A stretch of DNA of 64,000 nucleotides from the human T2T-CHM13v2.0 reference genome, Homo sapiens: the NCBI RefSeq assembly GCF_009914755.1, contig NC_060942.1. The stretch is one strand, 5' to 3'. The translations under genes were made by a program, and so were the position numbers. The notes under the pieces were generated by a model, which had not been told where the DNA came from, searched no databases, and saw nothing but the letters and a program-made list of their open reading frames with translations. Shown here in pieces: positions 1 to 19,503 of the stretch (the first letter of the stretch is position 1; every line of letters begins with the position of its first letter).

Positions 1-1110
1 TAAAACACACATGCCATTAAATTTACCATTTTAACCATTTTTAAGCGTACATTTCTGTATTAGTCCGTTTTCACGCTGCTGATAAAGACGTGCCCAAAAC
101 TGGGCAATTTACCAAAGAAAGAGATTTAACTGGACTTACAGTTACACGTAGCTGGGGAGGTCTCACAAACATGGTGGAAGGTGAAAGGCATGTCTCACAT
201 GACAACAGCACAAGGGAGAATGAGAGCCAAGCAAAATGGGTTTCCCCTTATCAAACCATCAGATCTCATGAGACTTATTCACTTCCACGAGAACAGTATG
301 AGGGAAACCACCCCCATGATTTAATTATCTCCCATTCCCTCCCACAACACATGGGAATTATGGGAGTACAATTCAAGATGAGATCTGGGTGGGGACACAG
401 AGCCAAACCGTATCAACTTCAGTGGCATTAAGTGCATTCACAGTGTTGTACAACCTTCACAAACATCCATCTCCAGAACTTTTTTATCTTCCCAAACTGA
501 AACTCCATACCAATTAAACAGTGATTCCCCATTTCTCCCTCCCCTGAGCCCCTGGCAACCACCATTCTACTTTCTGTCTCTATAAATTTGACTACCCTTA
601 AGTACCTCAAATAAGTGGGATCGTACAATATTTGCCTTTTTGTGACTGGCTTATTTTACTTAACATAATGTCTCCAGGTTTATCCATGTTGTAGTATATG
701 TCAGATTTTCCTTTCTTTTTAGGGCTGAATAATATTCTATTACATGTATACACCACATTTTATTTATCCATTCATCTGTTAACGGACACTTGGGTGGCTT
801 CGCCCTTTTGGCTGTTTTGAATAATGCTACTATCATTATAACAGTACCTTTAATCCATTTTTAATTTTTGTATATGGTGTAAGGCAAGAGTCCAACTTCA
901 TTCCATTGTATGTATCCGGTTTTCCCAGTATCATTTCATGAAAAGACCACCATTTCCACCATTGAATGGTCTTAGCAACCTTGTTAAAAATCAGTTGACC
1001 ACGTGTGAGGGTTTACTTCTGAGTGCTCTATTTCATTGGCCTGTATGTCTATTCTTATGCCAGTACCACACTGTTTTGATAATTGTAGCTTAATTAAATC
1101 AGGAATTAGA
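1..1110 (-). mobile_element. Old L1M (L1MB-like) 3' fragment, interrupted by a THE1 LTR
   Basis: Antisense L1 3'-end motifs (CATTCTACTTTCTGTCTCTAT...TTGACT, GCTGAATAATATTC, TGCCAGTACCACACTG). The sequence is continuous across the LTR at 56-415. Confidence 0.8.
56..415 (-). mobile_element. THE1 (MaLR) solo LTR
   Basis: Reverse complement starts TGATACGGTTTGGCTCTGTGTCCCC and ends GAAAACGGACTAATACA. 5-bp TSD ATTTC (51-55) / ACTTC (416-420). Confidence 0.92.
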
Positions 1111-1340
1111 GTCTAATAAGTCATTCTAAAAATAGCTTCTGGTTTTCCATCAAATTCTTTTCAATCTTGTCTTTTACGTCCCTGAATAAAAAACAGTATT
1201 TTATCCAAATCTAATTATCCTAACATAAGAAACTCCAGTGATTCTACTTCTATCGTCAATTGTTTCTGCTGGTTGTTCTTAGCTCGGTTGCCTGGTTATC
1301 TTTTATCAGGAATTTTCATGAAAAGTTGATGGGGAAATAA

Positions 1341-1670
<330 letters not shown>

Positions 1671-3219
1671 GAAGGTACTCCTCTTCTAGAGAGAATCATT
1701 GTTTGCTTCTGCCAGCTATCTGGGAGCTCCAATAATTGTTGGTCATCACAAACCAGTTTTAGGTATTGAGATTTTTCTGGGTCAACCAGATGACTTGCAG
1801 TTGGGCTACAGTCTGTGGAAGGGCTGGTTTACTACAAGTTCACCTTTATTCCTAGAATGTAGTTGATTTTGGGTATAATTCAAAGTACCAAGGTCCCAAC
1901 CCTTAGTCTCTGATTCCAACTTTCTTCTCTCTAGTCCTATGAGGCTATCAAAAATGCCATTCAGTACCCTCAGCTGCCTCTTCCAGATAAGCAAATAATC
2001 TGAAAGTGAAAGCCCACTAGATGCTTTGGTTCACCTCACTGGACTTAGATCATTTCTTGGATCTTGTTCTAGTATTCTGTACTACCTTGACAGTTCTAAT
2101 GCCTTCCAGCTGATTTCATATTTTTATATGGATTTACTGGTTGTCCTTAAGGGAAGTGTGATCCACATTACTCACTGTACCAATAATGGAAGCTGAGTTC
2201 TGTGACTTTAATTTTCCCCTAAAAGATAGTATCTTTTGAAGAATAATAAGTTTTTAATTTTAATGTAGTCCAATTGAAATTTCCTTTTTATATATATTGG
2301 GCTTTACTGTCTTTTTTAAAGATTTCCTTCCCTACTCTGAAGTCATAAATATACTTTCACATATTTTCTTCTACAAATTTTACAAAAAGTTTGCTTTTCT
2401 CCCATGTATTTAATATACTTGCTATTTGCTTTGTGTGCAGTTATGAGGCAGAGATCTACAATAAGTATTTCTAGATGAATAACTAATTATCCATTAATCA
2501 CTTACTGAATTGTCCTTCTTTTCTATGCTGGTTTTCATGCCAGCTCATTCAACTACATTATTCATCTTTGATCCCACATATAGTGTTATGATGGAGATGG
2601 CTATAGGCTATTCCATCCATCTATAAAGTTAGCATCATAAGAATGATTAAGAATACATGAACACTACAGGTCACTCAGTATTGCTTATCAATCTTATGTT
2701 TTTCTAGTAAGCTCACCTTTGCACGAAGTTTATTTCAAGCCATTTTCTCAAGCATTATTCTCCTCACCCCTCATTCTTAAATGATGATATAACCTCCTTC
2801 TTCCCAATGAATTGGAATGTCCTCAGTTTCCCACTAACTTACCTGAGCTTGCACCCATTCTCTCCTATCATCTTAGCATAGGAGAAGGGCCACTCATATC
2901 TAAAGACCTATTCTTCCACTTGTATCTTGGATCCCATCTCCTTCCCCATCAATCATATGCCATCAACAGTTCATTCTCTTCCTGTGTTATCTACTCTCTC
3001 TCTCCTGGATTCTTCCTGCTATCTTTTACACATTACATATCTTTCCTATCTTAAAAATTATCAAGCCACCAACCAAGCAAATAAACCATCCCTAAACTCC
3101 ACTATTACCCTATTTCTTATTTTCTTTTATTCATAACTGACTTATTGAAGTTGGTCTGTAATGACATTCTCCATTTCCAGATATCCCATTTTTTTCTCAT
3201 ACTGGTTCTCTTCAACGTT

Positions 3220-3710
3220 TGTTTTTTATGAAGAGGTGTTGGATTTTGTCAAATGCTTTTTCTGCATATTTTGTCCTTTATTCTGTTGATATGGATTTGG
3301 TTGATTTTTAAACTGATGCTCAGATGGATTCCTGGGATAAATTCCACTTGGTCGTAGTAGAAAATCCTTTTTTATATGTTACTGAATTCAGTTTACTAGT
3401 ATTTTGTTGAGAATAAGACATACTGGTCTGTAGTTTATGTTTCTTGTGATGTATTTGACTGATTTGGATATCAAAGTAATATTAGCCTCATGAAATGAGA
3501 TGGAAGATATTCCTTCTTCTTGTTTTGGGGAGGGGAAGAGTTTGTGAAGAACTGGTATTAATTCTTCTTTAAATGTTTGGTAGAATTCACCAGTGAAGCC
3601 CTTGGGGCCTGGGCTTTTCTTTGTGTGCCTTTTTTTTTTTTAAATTACTAACTCAATCTCTTTATTATACATCTATTCACATTTTCTATTTCTTCTTTAG
3701 TCAGTTTTCT
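3220..3710 (-). mobile_element. L1M ORF2 fragment
   Basis: Antisense L1 motifs (TTTTGTCAAATGCTTTTTCTGCAT, GGTAGAATTCACCAGTGAAGCC). Confidence 0.75.
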
Positions 3711-5067
3711 GTCTGCAGGGCATGTCAGAGACCTTCACAGCAGCCCCTCCCATCACAGGGCTTGGGGCTTAGGAGGAAAACATGGTTTTGTGGGTGGGGC
3801 CTAGGGCTCCCCTGCTGTGTGCAGCCTAGGGACTTGTTGCCCTGCATCCTAGCCGCTCCAGCCATGGCTGAAAGGGGCCAACGTAAAGCTCGGGCTGTGG
3901 GTTTAGAGAGTGCAAGCCCCAAGCCTTGGCAGCTTCCACATGGTGTTGAGCCTGTGGACACACAGAAGTTAAGAATTGAGGTTTGGGAACCTCTGCCTAG
4001 ATTTCAGAGGATATATGAAATGCCTGGCTGTCAAAGCAAAAGTTTGCTGCAGGGGCAGAGTCCTCATGGAGAATCTCTGCTAGAGCAGTATGGAAGGGAA
4101 ATGTGGGGATGGAGTCCCCACACAGAGTCCCCAACAGGGAACTGCCTAGTGGAGCTGTGAGAAGAGGACCTCTGTCCTCCAGACCCCAGAATGTTAGATC
4201 CACTGAAAGCTTGCACCATGCACCTGGAAAAGCCACAGACACTCAATGCCAGCCTGTGAAAGCAGCCAGGAGGGGTGCTGTACCCTGCAAAGCCACAGGG
4301 GCAGAGCTGCCCAAGGCCATGCAAGCCCACCTCTTACATCAGTGTGCCCTGGATGTGAGACATGAAGTCAAAGGAGATCATTTCAGAGCTTTAAGATTTG
4401 ACTGCTCCAATGGATTTCAGACTTGCATGGGGCCTGTACCCCCTTTGTTTTGGCCAATTTCTCCCATTTGGAATAGGTGTATTTACCCAGTGCCTGTATC
4501 CCCATCATATCCAGGAAGTAACTAACTTACTTTTGATTTTACAGGCTCATAGGCAGAAGGGATTTGCCTTGTCTCAGACTTTGGATTTGGACTTTTGGGT
4601 TAATGCTGGAATGAGCTAAGACTTTGGGGGACTGTTGGAAAGGCATGATCATGTTTTGAAATGTGAGGACATGAGATTTGGGAGGGGCCAGGGGCAAAAT
4701 GATATGATTTGGCTGCGTCCCCACCCAAATCTCATCTTGAATTGTAGGTCCCATAATCCCCATGTGTCATGAGAGGGACCCAGTGGGAGGTAATTGAATC
4801 ATGGGGACAGCTACCTCCATGCTGTTCTTATGACAGTGAGTTCTCATGAGATTTGATGGTTTTATAAGGGGCTTTTCCCCTTTTGCTTGGCACTTCTTCT
4901 TACCACCATGTGAAGAAGGATATGTTTGCTTCCCCTTCTGCCATGATTGTAAGTTTCCCGAAGCCTCCCCAGTCATGCTGAACTGTGAGCCAATTAAACA
5001 TCTTTCCTTTATATATTACCCAGTCTCAGGTATGTCTTTATTGGCAGCATGAGAACAGACTAATACA
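3711..5067 (+). mobile_element. THE1/MST internal fragment plus 3' LTR (LTR 4700-5067)
   Basis: MaLR-internal text (ORF track shows ...GMESPHRVP..LPSGAVRRGP...). Purine tract GGGAGGGGCCAGGGGCAAAA precedes an LTR TGATATGATTTGGCTGCGTCCCCACCCAAATCTC...GACTAATACA. Confidence 0.9.
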
Positions 5068-5185
5068 GTAGGCTATACCATCTAGGTTTGTGGATGTATA
5101 CTCTATGATGTTCACACAAAGACAAAAGCACCTGATGATGCATTTATCAGAATGTATCCCTAGCATCAAGCAAAAGATGACTGTA
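5068..5185 (+). mobile_element. Tigger3/MER7-like DNA transposon end
   Basis: GTAGGCTATACCATCTAGGTTTGTG...ATGACTG followed by a TA target site. Confidence 0.7.
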
Positions 5186-6499
5186 CTTCCTTCCTTCTGC
5201 TGTTCTGTTGCTGTTGTTTTTAAGTTTGCTCTCATTTTTAGTTTCTTAAGGTGGAAGCTTAGGTTTAGATAATTTTTTTTCTAAAATAGACATATTAAAG
5301 CTATAATATTTCCTCTAACCATTACTTTTGCAGCATCCCATAAAATATTTTATGTTGTACTTCACTTTTATTCAGTTTAAAGAATTTTCTAATTTCTCTT
5401 ATGATTTCTTCTTTGGATCATGGTTATTTATATTGTTATTTAATTTCCAAATATTTGTGGAGTTCTCAAATTATGCTGACTCAATATGCCCTCTGGGTCA
5501 GTGGAATCCTCACTGTCCCCAACCTCTTGGTCTATAGATACCCAACTGGTCCTATCTTCTAGACTCTAAGAGGCTTCACTGGTCCCTGAGCCACCCTCAG
5601 CTGAGGTGGCCCTGCCATCTCTGCCCTTGGTAGTGTCCCCACCCTCTGGGTACCTCGTTTCCTGCTTTTGTAATACCAGAAGTTGGACAGCTTTTCTTCT
5701 TTTCATCCTGTCTCTGTCCTCTTCAAAATTAGCAGTGTTTCTGGTGATAGCATTGTCAAAATCCTTGTCAGTTTTCCATAGATTTTAAGAGAATCCATAC
5801 AATTAGGCACAAGGATTCTCTATGGATCCTTCCTGGATAACCCAATTTCTATCCTGGATTCTGCTGAAATAGTTAATTGGATCCATAAATCACACACCTA
5901 ATCGCTTCACCAAAACGTTTGTCCCAGTGCTGTCTCCAGAGCATGCTATCTGAGATAGGCTGAGAAATTTCCAAATCATCAAATGATTTTTGCTTAACAG
6001 TTTCCTCCTCAGTGTATCTCTTTCCTCTCATATTTTACCATAAGAAGGAAGGAAAAAACAAGCTACACCTTCTACTCCTTGCTTGGAAATATCCTCAGCT
6101 AAATACTCAGGTTCATTAGTTACAAGTTCTACTTTCCACCCAATAGCACAGCATGATTCAGCCAAGTTTCTGCCACTTCTAACAAGGATTGCTTGTTCTC
6201 TAGTTTCTAATACATGTTCCTCCTTTCATCTGAGATCTCACCAGAAGTATCTTTAATGTTCATTATTTCTAGCAGCATTCTCTTCATAGCAATGTATGTA
6301 TTCCCTAAAATGTAACTTTCTCTACTGTCCTCTTTACTTCCTTCTGAGCCCTTACCAGAATCACCTTTAATCCTCCTATTTCTACAGTCTCTTCAAGGCT
6401 TTTTCTATTAAGAATTTCAAAACTCTTCCAGCTCAATCACTTACTCAATTCCAAAGCCACATCTATATTTTTAGATATTTGTACATAGCACCCCACTTC

Positions 6500-7285
6500 T
6501 GGTACCACAAACAAGATGGCATAATAGAAATGTATTCTCTCATAGTCTGGAGGTTAGAAGTACAAGATCAAGGTGCCAGCAGGGCCATACTCTCTCTGAA
6601 AGCTCTAGGGAAGTGTCTGTTCCATCCCACTGTCTTAGCTTCAGGTTGCTGGCAATCATTTGCATTCTTTGCCTTTTGGATGCATTACTCCAATCTCTGC
6701 CTCCATCATCACATGCATTCTCCTCTGTCTCCTCTGTGTCTGAATTTGCCTATCTCATAAGAACACCAGGCATTGGATTAAGGCCCACTCTAATCCTTTA
6801 TGACCTTAACTTGATTATATCTGCAAGGGCCCTGTCTTAGGCCATTCAGGCTGCTATAACAAAAAATAGCATAGCCTGGGTAGCTTATAAACAACAGAAA
6901 TTTATTTCTCATAGTACTGGAGGCTGGAAAGTACAAGATCAAGGCACTGAAAGATTTGGTGTCTGGAGAGGGTCTGCTTCCTGGTTCATAGAAGCCATCT
7001 TCTCACTGTGTCCTCATACGGCAGAAAGCCTTGGAGCACTCCAAGTCCTATTTTATAAAGACACTTAATCCCACTCATAAAGGCTCTGCCCTTATAACCT
7101 AATTACCTCCCATAGGCCCATGTCCAAATACTATCACATGAGGAGTTACAATTTAATATATGAATTTTGGGGGGACATAACATTCAGCCTACACAGACCC
7201 TATTTTCAAGTAAAGTTACATTCACAGGTAATGGAGGTTAGGGCTTGAACCTATCTTTTGGGGGGATACAATTCAATCCACAACA
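6500..7285 (-). mobile_element. MLT1C/D-like LTR with a nested MLT1A-like LTR (6833-7195)
   Basis: Two MLT1 signatures (AGAAAT.TATT.TCTCATAGT..TGGAGG.T.GAA.GTACAAGATCAAGG). The inner copy is bounded TG...CA with TSD GGCCC/GACCC, and the outer copy resumes after it. Confidence 0.8.
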
Positions 7286-7325
7286 ATGTGATTAACATAA
7301 ACCAAGATTTATTTAAACCACTGTG

Positions 7326-7622
7326 GGCCAGAAGCAGTGGCTCATGCCTGTAATCCCAGCAGTTTGGGAGACTGAGGTGGGTAGACTGATTGAGCCCAGG
7401 AGTTCAAGACCAGCCTGGGCAACATAGTAAACCCTGACTCTACAAAAAAATAGAAAAATTAGCCAGTCATGGTGGCATGCGCCTATATTCCCAGCCACTT
7501 AGAAGGTTGAGGTGGGAGGATCACTTAAGCCCAGGAGGTTGAGGCTGCAGTGAGCTGTGATCACACCACTGCACTCCGGCCTGGGTGACACAGTGATACT
7601 TTGTCTCAAAAAAAAAAAAAAA
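7326..7622 (+). mobile_element. AluJ
   Basis: Dimeric Alu with J diagnostics (TTGAGCCCAGGAG, GAGGCTGCAGTGAGCTGTGATC) and an A tail. Confidence 0.93.
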
Positions 7623-7755
7623 TAGAGAGGAGAGAGACAGAGAAGGCAACCACCATTTATAAAAAGAGAGAGAGAGGCAGAGAGAGAGACATAGAAGGCA
7701 AGCAACACTTACTGAAAAAAAAGAAAGAAAACACACACATACACACACACACACA
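7623..7755. repeat. (GA)n and (CA)n microsatellites
   Basis: Visible GA runs followed by (AC)n at ~7731-7754. Confidence 0.85.
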
Positions 7756-8989
7756 AAACACCATGACTTGGCTTTCAGTTATTTAACAGATAAAGATTTT
7801 TCAAGGTGATGCCAATGACCTTACTGATAAAAAACAAAGGGAATTATCTGACCTGAACTCAACTTTAAAGATCTTGGGGAATTATAGTATTTCTTGATAC
7901 AAGGCCAGTCACTTCTGTCAAAGTGAACCTTGGGAACTGTGATTACACTGGCCATTATTTTCTTTTCTGAATCAGAGTTTTCAGCACTGGTTCTGAGTTT
8001 TAGGAAGTCAGTGTCAACTGGACATGCACACTGACATGTCAAAGATGTCTTATTACCCATAATTTAAAGATCTTATTCACAACAAACATGTTAATACTTG
8101 TTAATATTTATTTGAGCAGCAGCCTACTTGTTAATATGAGCAAAAGGCAAGTTAATTTTTAATGTGGCTTCACAATTTTGATTTATTTCCTTTTTTTCCC
8201 CAGAACTGGAAATTGATTTTTAAATTGAAATCCCTTCCTTGTGAAAATTGTTTACACAGTCTAAGTATCAAAGAAAATTAATTTCCAATACAATACATGA
8301 TAAGCAAAAGTCCACATGTAGGTCTTTATGTTCATTTATCTGAGGAAGAAGTCTGCAGTTTTCATCCTTTTCTCAAATAAATTTACTATCTCAAAAAGAT
8401 TGAGAATCACTGCTCTAGAGCGTATGCCTAAGTTAGACATATATTAGTACACATGTTAGTTTGACCTAGTTTCCCCCAAGTGAAATGAGAAATAGAATTC
8501 AGGTAGAATATTGGTGGTGGCCTATCAGTTTCATTCTTGAGAATTTTATATCACTTCCCATGCCTGTATTATCACTGCTAATCTCTCTGGAAACCCTTCA
8601 ATTCCATTTACTTCATTGAGAGGAACTTCTTCAGTGTCAGCTGGTATGGACCATAGTTGGCTCAGATTTGTTTTGGCCAGTCCAACAAACAAACTCCAGG
8701 TTAGCTCATCAAACTCACACACAGAAAGTAACATCTCTGGCAACACTCCACAAAGCTACAAATCTAACATAATCTGAAAGAATGGTTTGGCTTCCTTGGT
8801 CAAACACCCAAAAAAATCTACATTCATATCATCACTTTTGGGTAAAAGGTTAACAAAACACTTTACCTTTGTACATGAGAATTAACCTTTGGTTAATTTT
8901 CTCATTCTGTTTTATTGAAAACTTATTAATAGGTCAATTATGTTACCCAACAATATTGTTTATGGTAAAAATGTTTCCTGATTACCAAA

Positions 8990-10372
8990 AGAATTATAAA
9001 TGAACTATAAATATTGACTATGCTAATGGATACTATAACTTTGGGCCTCCCTGAGTATAGTGACTCTTGTAATTGGCATGTCTCTTACAGAAATTCTAGA
9101 AGCTATGTCCATGGAGTTGCTATAAGACATATTAGCTCCTGTGGAAGTTTCTAATCCAGATGCATCCCACAGGTTCCCAATGTAAGTCTCATCTCCTTGC
9201 ATCTGAGCTGTCAACTTGGAATGGGAAGGCCAAAAAAAAAAAAAAACCCTGCATGCTTGTGTAAAATACTGTGAGTACCACTACCACCGAAGAGGGGTAG
9301 GTGCTGCCTACTGGTCAGCTGTGGCTTCTGTCCTATCCTTCTAAGTTAATCTGATGCCAAGGGTGATCTGCAGTAGTCTTGAAGGTCTAAAAGTCTAGTT
9401 GAATTCAAGAAGAACATTCTGGTGGGCAATGATATACACCCAGCTTCTTTTGGAAACTACTTGAAAATTTATGTTTCTTCCTTCTCTCATCTTATCATCT
9501 AACACAATATGTGTTAATAGTTAACTTTATATGTCAGTATTTAAGTTATAGGATATGAAAGAAGGAGGGTTATCATCTGGGAGCAGAATGAATGCCATTC
9601 ATGGACCAACAAAAAGACTATTTTCCTCTTTTGGGAAATGGTTAGCATGTTAATAGTTATGTGATAGTAGTGTTATGTAAGGTGAAAGCACAACTTCATT
9701 GTTATCATAATTTGGAGAATTAAAGTATGGCTTAAAGAAACATGTATGGTACTAAGTTGACAAGGGGCAGACCATGATGCTTTTATAATGTGTCATCTTG
9801 CTTAAAGTGCACCAGTTTTCCTAGAATTATTTATTTTATGTTTACAGTTTGGGCGGGCCAAAAAGGCAATTTTTGGGAGATGTGTAATGTGGAAAGGAAA
9901 TAGTAGCCATTTGTAGTTCACATATGTTGTTGCTGACTGGTGACTCACTTTGTTGACTCATTTTGTAGCAGCTTGGCCTGCAACTACTCTACCATCCTCT
10001 AGATCCTCCTTCAGCTTCTCCAACTCCTGGCCTATGTATGTGTGTTTATGACAAACAGCCCCAGCTTCTGAAGGATACCCTCACCACCAAGGTCAAAGGC
10101 AACAAGAACTAACATGGATTTCAGTCCATTTTCATGAGGTTCAAGTTTGTACTTGTGACTTCCAGCCTGACCTCGACTTCTCCCACTTTACTTCCATCTT
10201 CCTTTCTGACTACTCTGCCAACATCAAATTCTAGCATCAGACACAACAGCATTATAAGAGTGCCTAACTAGCTCTCATAATTGTGTAAGCCAATTCTCTT
10301 TAACAAATCCATATGTACATATACATATATTCAATTACTTGTTTTGTGTCTCTGGTTGAACACTGACTGATA
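8990..10372 (+). mobile_element. Degraded ERVL internal 3' end plus LTR (MLT2/LTR16 class)
   Basis: ERVL-type purine-tract context AAGTTGACAAGGGGCAGAC near 9755-9772, and LTR end GTTTTGTGTCTCTGGTTGAACACTGACTGATA. Boundaries approximate. Confidence 0.55.
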
Positions 10373-10415
10373 TATCAGGGATAAAGAAGGTCATTTCATT
10401 ATGAAAAAGGAGTCA

Positions 10416-16290
<5,875 letters not shown>

Positions 16291-16603
16291 TGTTTTGTTT
16301 TGTTTTGTTTTGTTTTGAGACAAAGTCTCGCTTTGTCACCCAGGCTGGAGTGCAGTGGCGCAATCTCGGCTCACTGCAACCTCCGCCTCCTGGGTTCATG
16401 GGTTCACGCGATTCTCCTGACTCGGCCTCCCAAGTAGCTGGGATTAAAGGCGCGCACCACCATGCCCAGCTAATTTTTGTATTTGTAGTAGAGACAGGGT
16501 TTCACCTTGTTGGCCAGGCTGGTCTCCAACTCCTGATCTCAGGTGATCCACCTGCCTCAACCTCCCAAAGTTTTAGGATTACAGGCCTAAGCTGCGCCTG
16601 GCC
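16291..16603 (-). mobile_element. AluS
   Basis: Antisense Alu with (TTTTG)n tail and TSD-like AAAGCTGTTTT. Confidence 0.92.
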
Positions 16604-17106
16604 AAAAAGAAAGCTGTTTTTTTAAAACTATCTGCACTCCCTACTTGGGAGGGTTGGACTCAAGTTCCCACATCTCTTTCCTCTTACGGTTATATTAAGG
16701 GCTTAGTCATACATCCCTAAATTTCATATATCCCAACAGGGACTTGGGCTGGGACAGGAAGCCCTCTTCCTCCACCTCAACTACCACTTAGCCACCCACC
16801 ATTTTCTCAAACCTCTTCCTTTCCCCACCGGACAGCTTAAACCAAGTCACACGTCTCATTGGTCTCAACAGAAATGAGGTCCCAACTCCTCATTTCCCAA
16901 GATATTTCCATGAACACAGCAATATCCTTTCCTACCCTGATTACCCCGCACCCTCCATTTCGGGTCCTTCTCACCCTGATCAGTGAGAATTGTTCTAGCA
17001 AGCAAACCTTAAATAGACCTCGTACCCTTTCTAGATTGCAAAGTAGATAAAAATCCAACTTTCCGTTAATTCAGGGATTAATTACTGAGCATCACTTATT
17101 TCTTGG

Positions 17107-17270
17107 GCAGTGGTTCTCAAAATGTGGTCCCAGGACCAACAGCTTCAGGATCACCTGAGAACCTGGGCTGCCACCGCCCCCTCCCCCACTACTAAATCAG
17201 CAACTCCGGAGTTGTGGGGCAGAAGTCAGTATTTTAACAAGGCCTCCAGGTGATTCTGATGCGCGCTACT
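17107..17270. mobile_element. MER5A (hAT-Charlie) fragment
   Basis: CAGTGGTTCTCAAAATGTGGTCCCAGGACC...CCAGGTGATTCTGATGCGCGCT. Confidence 0.8.
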
Positions 17271-17461
17271 CTTCTGGGGGTGTGAAAAACCAGAGAGGAC
17301 AGGAAGAAAGTTAGAATTAAAGCATACCTACGAATCAGATAAGCGATAGGGGGAGGGGTGGTTATTTAAAAAACGATAACTGATTAAGAACTTGTATGTA
17401 GTAAGAAAACCTACCCTGCCCCAGAGAGCTTTCCCGAAAGATAATGGATTCCGACATTCAC

Positions 17462-17610
17462 CTCAAGAACCGGCAGACAGAGCAGCAAAGGATCTGTCGC
17501 TGGCCAAGCAGGTCCCTGGCTAAGGCACTGCTAGGGACAGCTCGCGGCGGTTCGGGGGTTAATTCTCGGCAGCCCTTCGTCACCCGGTGCCCCACCCCCG
17601 CCCTGCGCCT
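17462..17610 (-). other. ZSCAN30: Candidate non-coding first exon of the divergent gene (probably ZSCAN30; its coding exons lie left of the window)
   Basis: Minus-strand donor motif at 17456-17461. Gene name from recalled synteny with ZNF271P only; boundaries uncertain. Confidence 0.4.
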
Positions 17611-17639
17611 GCGCGGTGAAGCGCCATAGAGCTGAGCAC

Positions 17640-17722
17640 TCCTCCCAGATTCCTAGAGCGGACAGGGCGATGGCAGGTTCGCCGGGTGTGAGGCTTCACA
17701 GCGGTCCGGTGACCAAGTCGAG
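17640..17722 (+). other. ZNF271P: Non-coding exon 1 (TSS approximate)
   Basis: Strong donor CGAG|GTAAGG inside the CpG island. Confidence 0.6.
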
Positions 17723-18429
17723 GTAAGGGTGATGTCGGCTCGCGGATAGCAGAGGAGTTCCGGGTGATCTTGCCTAACGAGCAGGAAACTGTGCATGGTT
17801 TCTCGAGTCCTTGGAGAGTGAAGGCCCCCGGGGTCGCTCCCGGGCACGGAGAGACGATTGGTTCACGGCCTAGTGTTCGGTTTGTTCCCAGTCAGCCCTT
17901 GCTGGCCTTGGGTTCAACCGAATGAACGCCAGAAACTCTGTGGGGTGGGGGGAGTCACCAACCGTGGTGCATCCATACGAATCAGCCTACCGTACTGGGA
18001 AAGAGCCACCTGAATTTGTGAATGTTGTAAAAGCAAAAGGAAGAAAAATGATCAGTAGTGTCATTTTTGGATAGGAAGGGCAGCGAATAACATAGTGTTA
18101 ACCACTAGAATTCACTGTAAAATTCCCCTCTCTGCGTTATCTTTCCAGTTATACCTTTTTTTGGTAGCATTAACCCCTAATTTTGTTTGAACATCTCTAG
18201 ACTTGGAATGGGGAATGTGTGTCTTAAGTGGGTTAATCCCTGGCTCTTGGATGATGGGGAGGAAGCCTAATACATTCTGAGAGAAAAGCAACTGGAAGTC
18301 AAATGAGATTTTTTGTTTTCTCCTTCTTTTATATCTTGAGGATTTTTCTGGTGGTCTAGTCTCAGAGATTACATCTGTAGTCAGCACAATGATTCCCTTC
18401 CAAGCCCAGTGGTGCCCAGTTGCCTCCAG

Positions 18430-18563
18430 GTCCCAGACCTTTATGTGGACAAGAAAAGCTTACAGAGGAAATGGTAATTCTCCACTTGCACACTGAGGTG
18501 TCCAGTTGCAGCCCATGGAGATCCAGTTCAATTATGAATCTCAGGAACACCACCTTCTGTCAG
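18430..18563 (+). pseudogene. ZNF271P: Exon 2 containing start codon (coding 18515-18563, MEIQFNYESQEHHLLS + 1 nt)
   Basis: Acceptor TTGCCTCCAG at 18420-18429 (alternative pyrimidine-rich acceptor ending 18340). CCCATGG start and donor CAG|GTGAGA. Phase 1 joins correctly to AT at 33305 to give GAT (Asp). Confidence 0.8.
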
Positions 18564-19503
18564 GTGAGAGGCAGGGTATTATATCTTTCTTAGTGGCTTT
18601 GGCGGGGTGGGGAGGATGAGGGAGTGTCACTCTATGCTAGTGTCTTCAAATGATCCCCCTTAACTCTGTTAGGCAGTATTACCTCTTTAGTGTACCAAGC
18701 ATAGTCACATGACTTTATTTCAAAATCTGGCGATCAAATTCTCATGCAGCTCTCTCCACTTTTTTAAGACCCCAAAGTCATTCATTTTTCCCTGTATAAT
18801 GACCTCATTGCTAATCTGTCAGTTTTGGTCATTTTTCTTATCTACTGTAGGGGCATAGTTAAAAGTTCTGGAGTCTGACAACCTAGATTCAAACAGTAGT
18901 TTTGTCACTTAACTGGCTCCAGTAAGTTACTCATATATTTTACGATTCTGTTTCCTCACTTTTCAAGTGCATAGTACTTCATACCTTGAAGTTATTTTGA
19001 GATTTGTATCTATGTATTACTCCAGAATAAAGAACCCCAAAATTTAGTGACCTAAAACATCAGACTTCTTAAACCACATTATTTCTTATGATTCTGTAGG
19101 TCATCAACTTGAGCTGGGTTCACCTGGGCATTTTTTTTTCTCTTGGTCTTTTCTGGGGTCATTTTGCAGTCATCTCAAGGCTGACTCTACTGGGGCCAGG
19201 GTCTAAGATGGTTTCAATCACGTTGTCTCAATGTCAAACTGTTAGTGCTGGCTATGGCTTGAGTCCTCATGTCTTCAGCAGGTGACGCTGGACTTTTTCA
19301 CAGGACAGCTTGTTTCCAGTCAGAGAAGGCAAGCTCTTTTCATACCTATGTTTGTGTTTCATCTGTTAATGTGTTTCATCTGTTAATGTCTCATTGATGA
19401 AAGCAGGTCATATGACCAGTTCTAAAGTCATTATAGAAGGAAACTACACAGGGATATGGGTACTGGGAGATAGGATTCACTGGGGTACACTAATACTATA
19501 ACA

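Larger units (their letters stand above)
17430..17930. promoter_or_regulatory. CpG island, probable bidirectional promoter
   Basis: The only CpG-dense non-repeat stretch in the window. Splice-donor motifs point outward on both strands: GAG|GTAAGG at 17722 (+) and GAG|GTGAAT at 17462 (-). Confidence 0.8.

Noticed and set aside
3621-5052. ORFs of 140-179 aa
   Set aside because: THE1/MST internal and LTR sequence, frameshifted and truncated.
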